Translations under genes and position numbers: made by a program
Notes under the pieces: generated by a model
Databases searched by the model: none
The model's input: the letters and a program-made list of their open reading frames with translations, nothing else
What the model was told of the DNA's origin: nothing
Source of the DNA: Nitrospirota bacterium
GTDB lineage: Bacteria; JACPQY01
NCBI GenBank assembly: GCA_016180645.1
Contig: JACPAV010000053.1
Location: 1 to 35,430, forward strand
DNA length: 35,430 nt
Reading direction: 5' to 3'
Part shown: positions 33,201 to 35,430 of the stretch, one piece after another
Layout: every line of letters starts with the position of its first letter
How positions within the stretch are numbered: position 1 is the first letter of the stretch

Positions 33201-35426
33201 GTTTCAATCCTCGCCCGACCCGAAGGCCGGGCGCAATTCGCGTATCGCTTGATCACGCTCGCGGCGGAGAGCGTGTTTCAATCCTCGCCCGACCCGAAGG
33301 CCGGGCGCAATACGGCATCGACTGCCTTGCCCGTTTTGGTATCCCGGTTTCAATCCTCGCCCGACCCGAAGGCCGGGCGCAATGAGAAACGCCCCGACTC
33401 CGGCGGCGAGGCTTATCAGTTTCAATCCTCGCCCGACCCGAAGGCCGGGCGCAATGGCGTTTCACCGCATGAGTGGTCCCGCCGTCCATCGTTTCAATCC
33501 TCGCCCGACCCGAAGGCCGGGCGCAATGTTTTTTCCGAGAAGACAATCGCTCGACCCCTTCTGTTTCAATCCTCGCCCGACCCGAAGGCCGGGCGCAATC
33601 GGTAGGAGCCCCGCCATCCCGTCCCGTTGGTGTCGTTTCAATCCTCGCCCGACCCGAAGGCCGGGCGCAATGCGTGAAGGGAGGGAGAACGTGAGCGACT
33701 TACGCGAAGTTTCAATCCTCGCCCGACCCGAAGGCCGGGCGCAATATGATCGGGGGTGAAGCGTGAACCATGATATCGTCGTGTTTCAATCCTCGCCCGA
33801 CCCGAAGGCCGGGCGCAATATTCGTTTTCCGCGCGGATGGCTTGCACCTGTACGTGTTTCAATCCTCGCCCGACCCGAAGGCCGGGCGCAATGGGTCCAA
33901 GATCCCGAAGAGGCGGACTATTGGTGCGCGTTTCAATCCTCGCCCGACCCGAAGGCCGGGCGCAATATCGCGAGCGGTCATAACGGAAAGGAGTGTTAAA
34001 TGTTTCAATCCTCGCCCGACCCGAAGGCCGGGCGCAATCNNNNNNNNNNNNNNNNNNNNNNNNNNNNNNNNNNNNNNNNNNNNNNNNNNNNNNNNNNNNN
34101 NNNNNNNNNNNNNNNNNNNNNNNNNNNNNNNNNNNNNNNNNNNNNNNNNNNNNNNNNNNNNNNNCTGGTTTCAATCCTCGCCCGACCCGAAGGCCGGGCG
34201 CAATATGCGGGGATGGCGGGCCATGGCACGGCAACCGTCGTTTCAATCCTCGCCCGACCCGAAGGCCGGGCGCAATAGGGGTTGGTTAGTCGGCATGGGA
34301 TGCCTCGCTGCAGTTTCAATCCTCGCCCGACCCGAAGGCCGGGCGCAATGACGGCGTGTGCGCAAAGTGTGGAGGACGGAAGTGTTTCAATCCTCGCCCG
34401 ACCCGAAGGCCGGGCGCAATCGGTGCGAACCCTGCGTTTTACCGAGGTGACGTTTGTTTCAATCCTCGCCCGACCCGAAGGCCGGGCGCAATCCTCTCCG
34501 GGAGGCGCGATTGATGCTGCTCTCCGTGTTTCAATCCTCGCCCGACCCGAAGGCCGGGCGCAATGCTTCCGCTTCCTGACTCACGGGATCGATCATCTCT
34601 CTGTTTCAATCCTCGCCCGACCCGAAGGCCGGGCGCAATGGGATTTCCGGGTGCCGAGCGTCACCGGATCGCAGTTTCAATCCTCGCCCGACCCGAAGGC
34701 CGGGCGCAATAGGTAGACATCGGCGCTCCCATGATGGCGCGAGTAGTTTCAATCCTCGCCCGACCCGAAGGCCGGGCGCAATTACCTCGCGGTTAAAATG
34801 GGGGCACCGGAGTGATGTTTCAATCCTCGCCCGACCCGAAGGCCGGGCGCAATTAGCGCGTGTCGAAACTCGTAACCTCGTCCAAGCTGGTTTCAATCCT
34901 CGCCCGACCCGAAGGCCGGGCGCAATGTCCAGGCCCTCGGCGGCTGGATCGAGTTGTGTGGTTTCAATCCTCGCCCGACCCGAAGGCCGGGCGCAATTAT
35001 CCATACGCTACTCACTGAGATCGAGCGGAGGAGTTTCAATCCTCGCCCGACCCGAAGGCCGGGCGCAATCAGGGGTCGATAGGAGGGCCTGGTTGAACGA
35101 TCCGTTTCAATCCTCGCCCGACCCGAAGGCCGGGCGCAATAGGGCCTGGACGACGCTGTGACACACGGGGTCGCTGTTTCAATCCTCGCCCGACCCGAAG
35201 GCCGGGCGCAATTTTTGAAGCAGCCCAGCAGGGCAAGCCCGGAAATGTTTCAATCCTCGCCCGACCCGAAGGCCGGGCGCAATCTCCATTACGTTCACAG
35301 GTAGACGTATCGCGCCGTGTTTCAATCCTCGCCCGACCCGAAGGCCGGGCGCAATGACCTGATTTACACCGAGGCGGAAAGAGGTGTAAGTTTCAATCCT
35401 CGCCCGACCCGAAGGCCGGGCGCAAT
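33201..35426 (-). CRISPR. CRISPR array, 37-bp repeat, 30 visible copies, truncated by the window end
   Basis: Plus-strand repeat GTTTCAATCCTCGCCCGACCCGAAGGCCGGGCGCAAT with unique 34-38 nt spacers; 12 copies before and 18 after the N gap. Minus orientation is inferred from the ATTGAAAC 3' end typical of Cas6-processed class 1 repeats. Confidence 0.98.
34040..34164. other. Assembly gap within the CRISPR array
   Basis: 125 N. The 129-nt distance between flanking repeats is not a whole number of units, so the gap size is an estimate. Confidence 0.95.
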
Positions 35427-35430
35427 GACG

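Noticed and set aside
32913-35161. Repetitive ORFs (FQSSPDPKAGRN, VSILARPEGRAQ)
   Set aside because: Translations of the CRISPR repeat.
35070-35175. Adjacent spacers sharing AGGGCCTGG
   Set aside because: Only 9 nt with different flanks; consistent with chance.
1-35430. Autonomous mobile element, prophage, rRNA or tRNA genes; self-targeting spacers
   Set aside because: No transposase, integrase, phage or structural RNA signature was recognised. No spacer match to the window was noticed, though this was not checked exhaustively.

Overview
GC-rich, diderm-type bacterial sequence, probably a draft or metagenome assembly (125-N gap). The def-fmt-rpe order and gene content look Deltaproteobacteria-like, but I cannot confirm taxonomy. 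Left to right: (1) a four-gene signalling cluster: kinase-less multi-PAS protein cut by the window edge, histidine kinase with five N-terminal 21-aa LNILED repeats, Rcp1-like receiver, hybrid kinase; (2) rpe, fmt, def; (3) a small membrane protein and a GT1 glycosyltransferase; (4) a tightly coupled minus-strand operon (CHASE2 class III cyclase, DUF928-like protein, lipoprotein caspase, unknown lipoprotein, VanX/DdpX) with CATG octamer arrays at both ends; (5) SDR, metallopeptidase/propeller/Omp85 fusion, bactofilin, metallophosphoesterase, IscS, M23 peptidase, DUF2723-TPR protein, accD; (6) an inositol cluster (ino1, PIP-synthase-like, IPCT/DIPPS-like, MMPL exporter); (7) a CRISPR array with a 37-bp repeat (30 visible copies) that runs off the right edge, with no cas genes in view. 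Several REP-like palindrome families occur, including a 95-bp composite present twice in inverted orientation and palindromes sitting in-frame inside genes. Best candidates for undescribed biology: the split PAS sensor/LNILED-repeat kinase pair, the cyclase-caspase cassette, the dual-route inositol/MMPL cluster and the apparent coding-strand bias of the CRISPR spacers. All assignments come from motifs read by eye; no searches were run.
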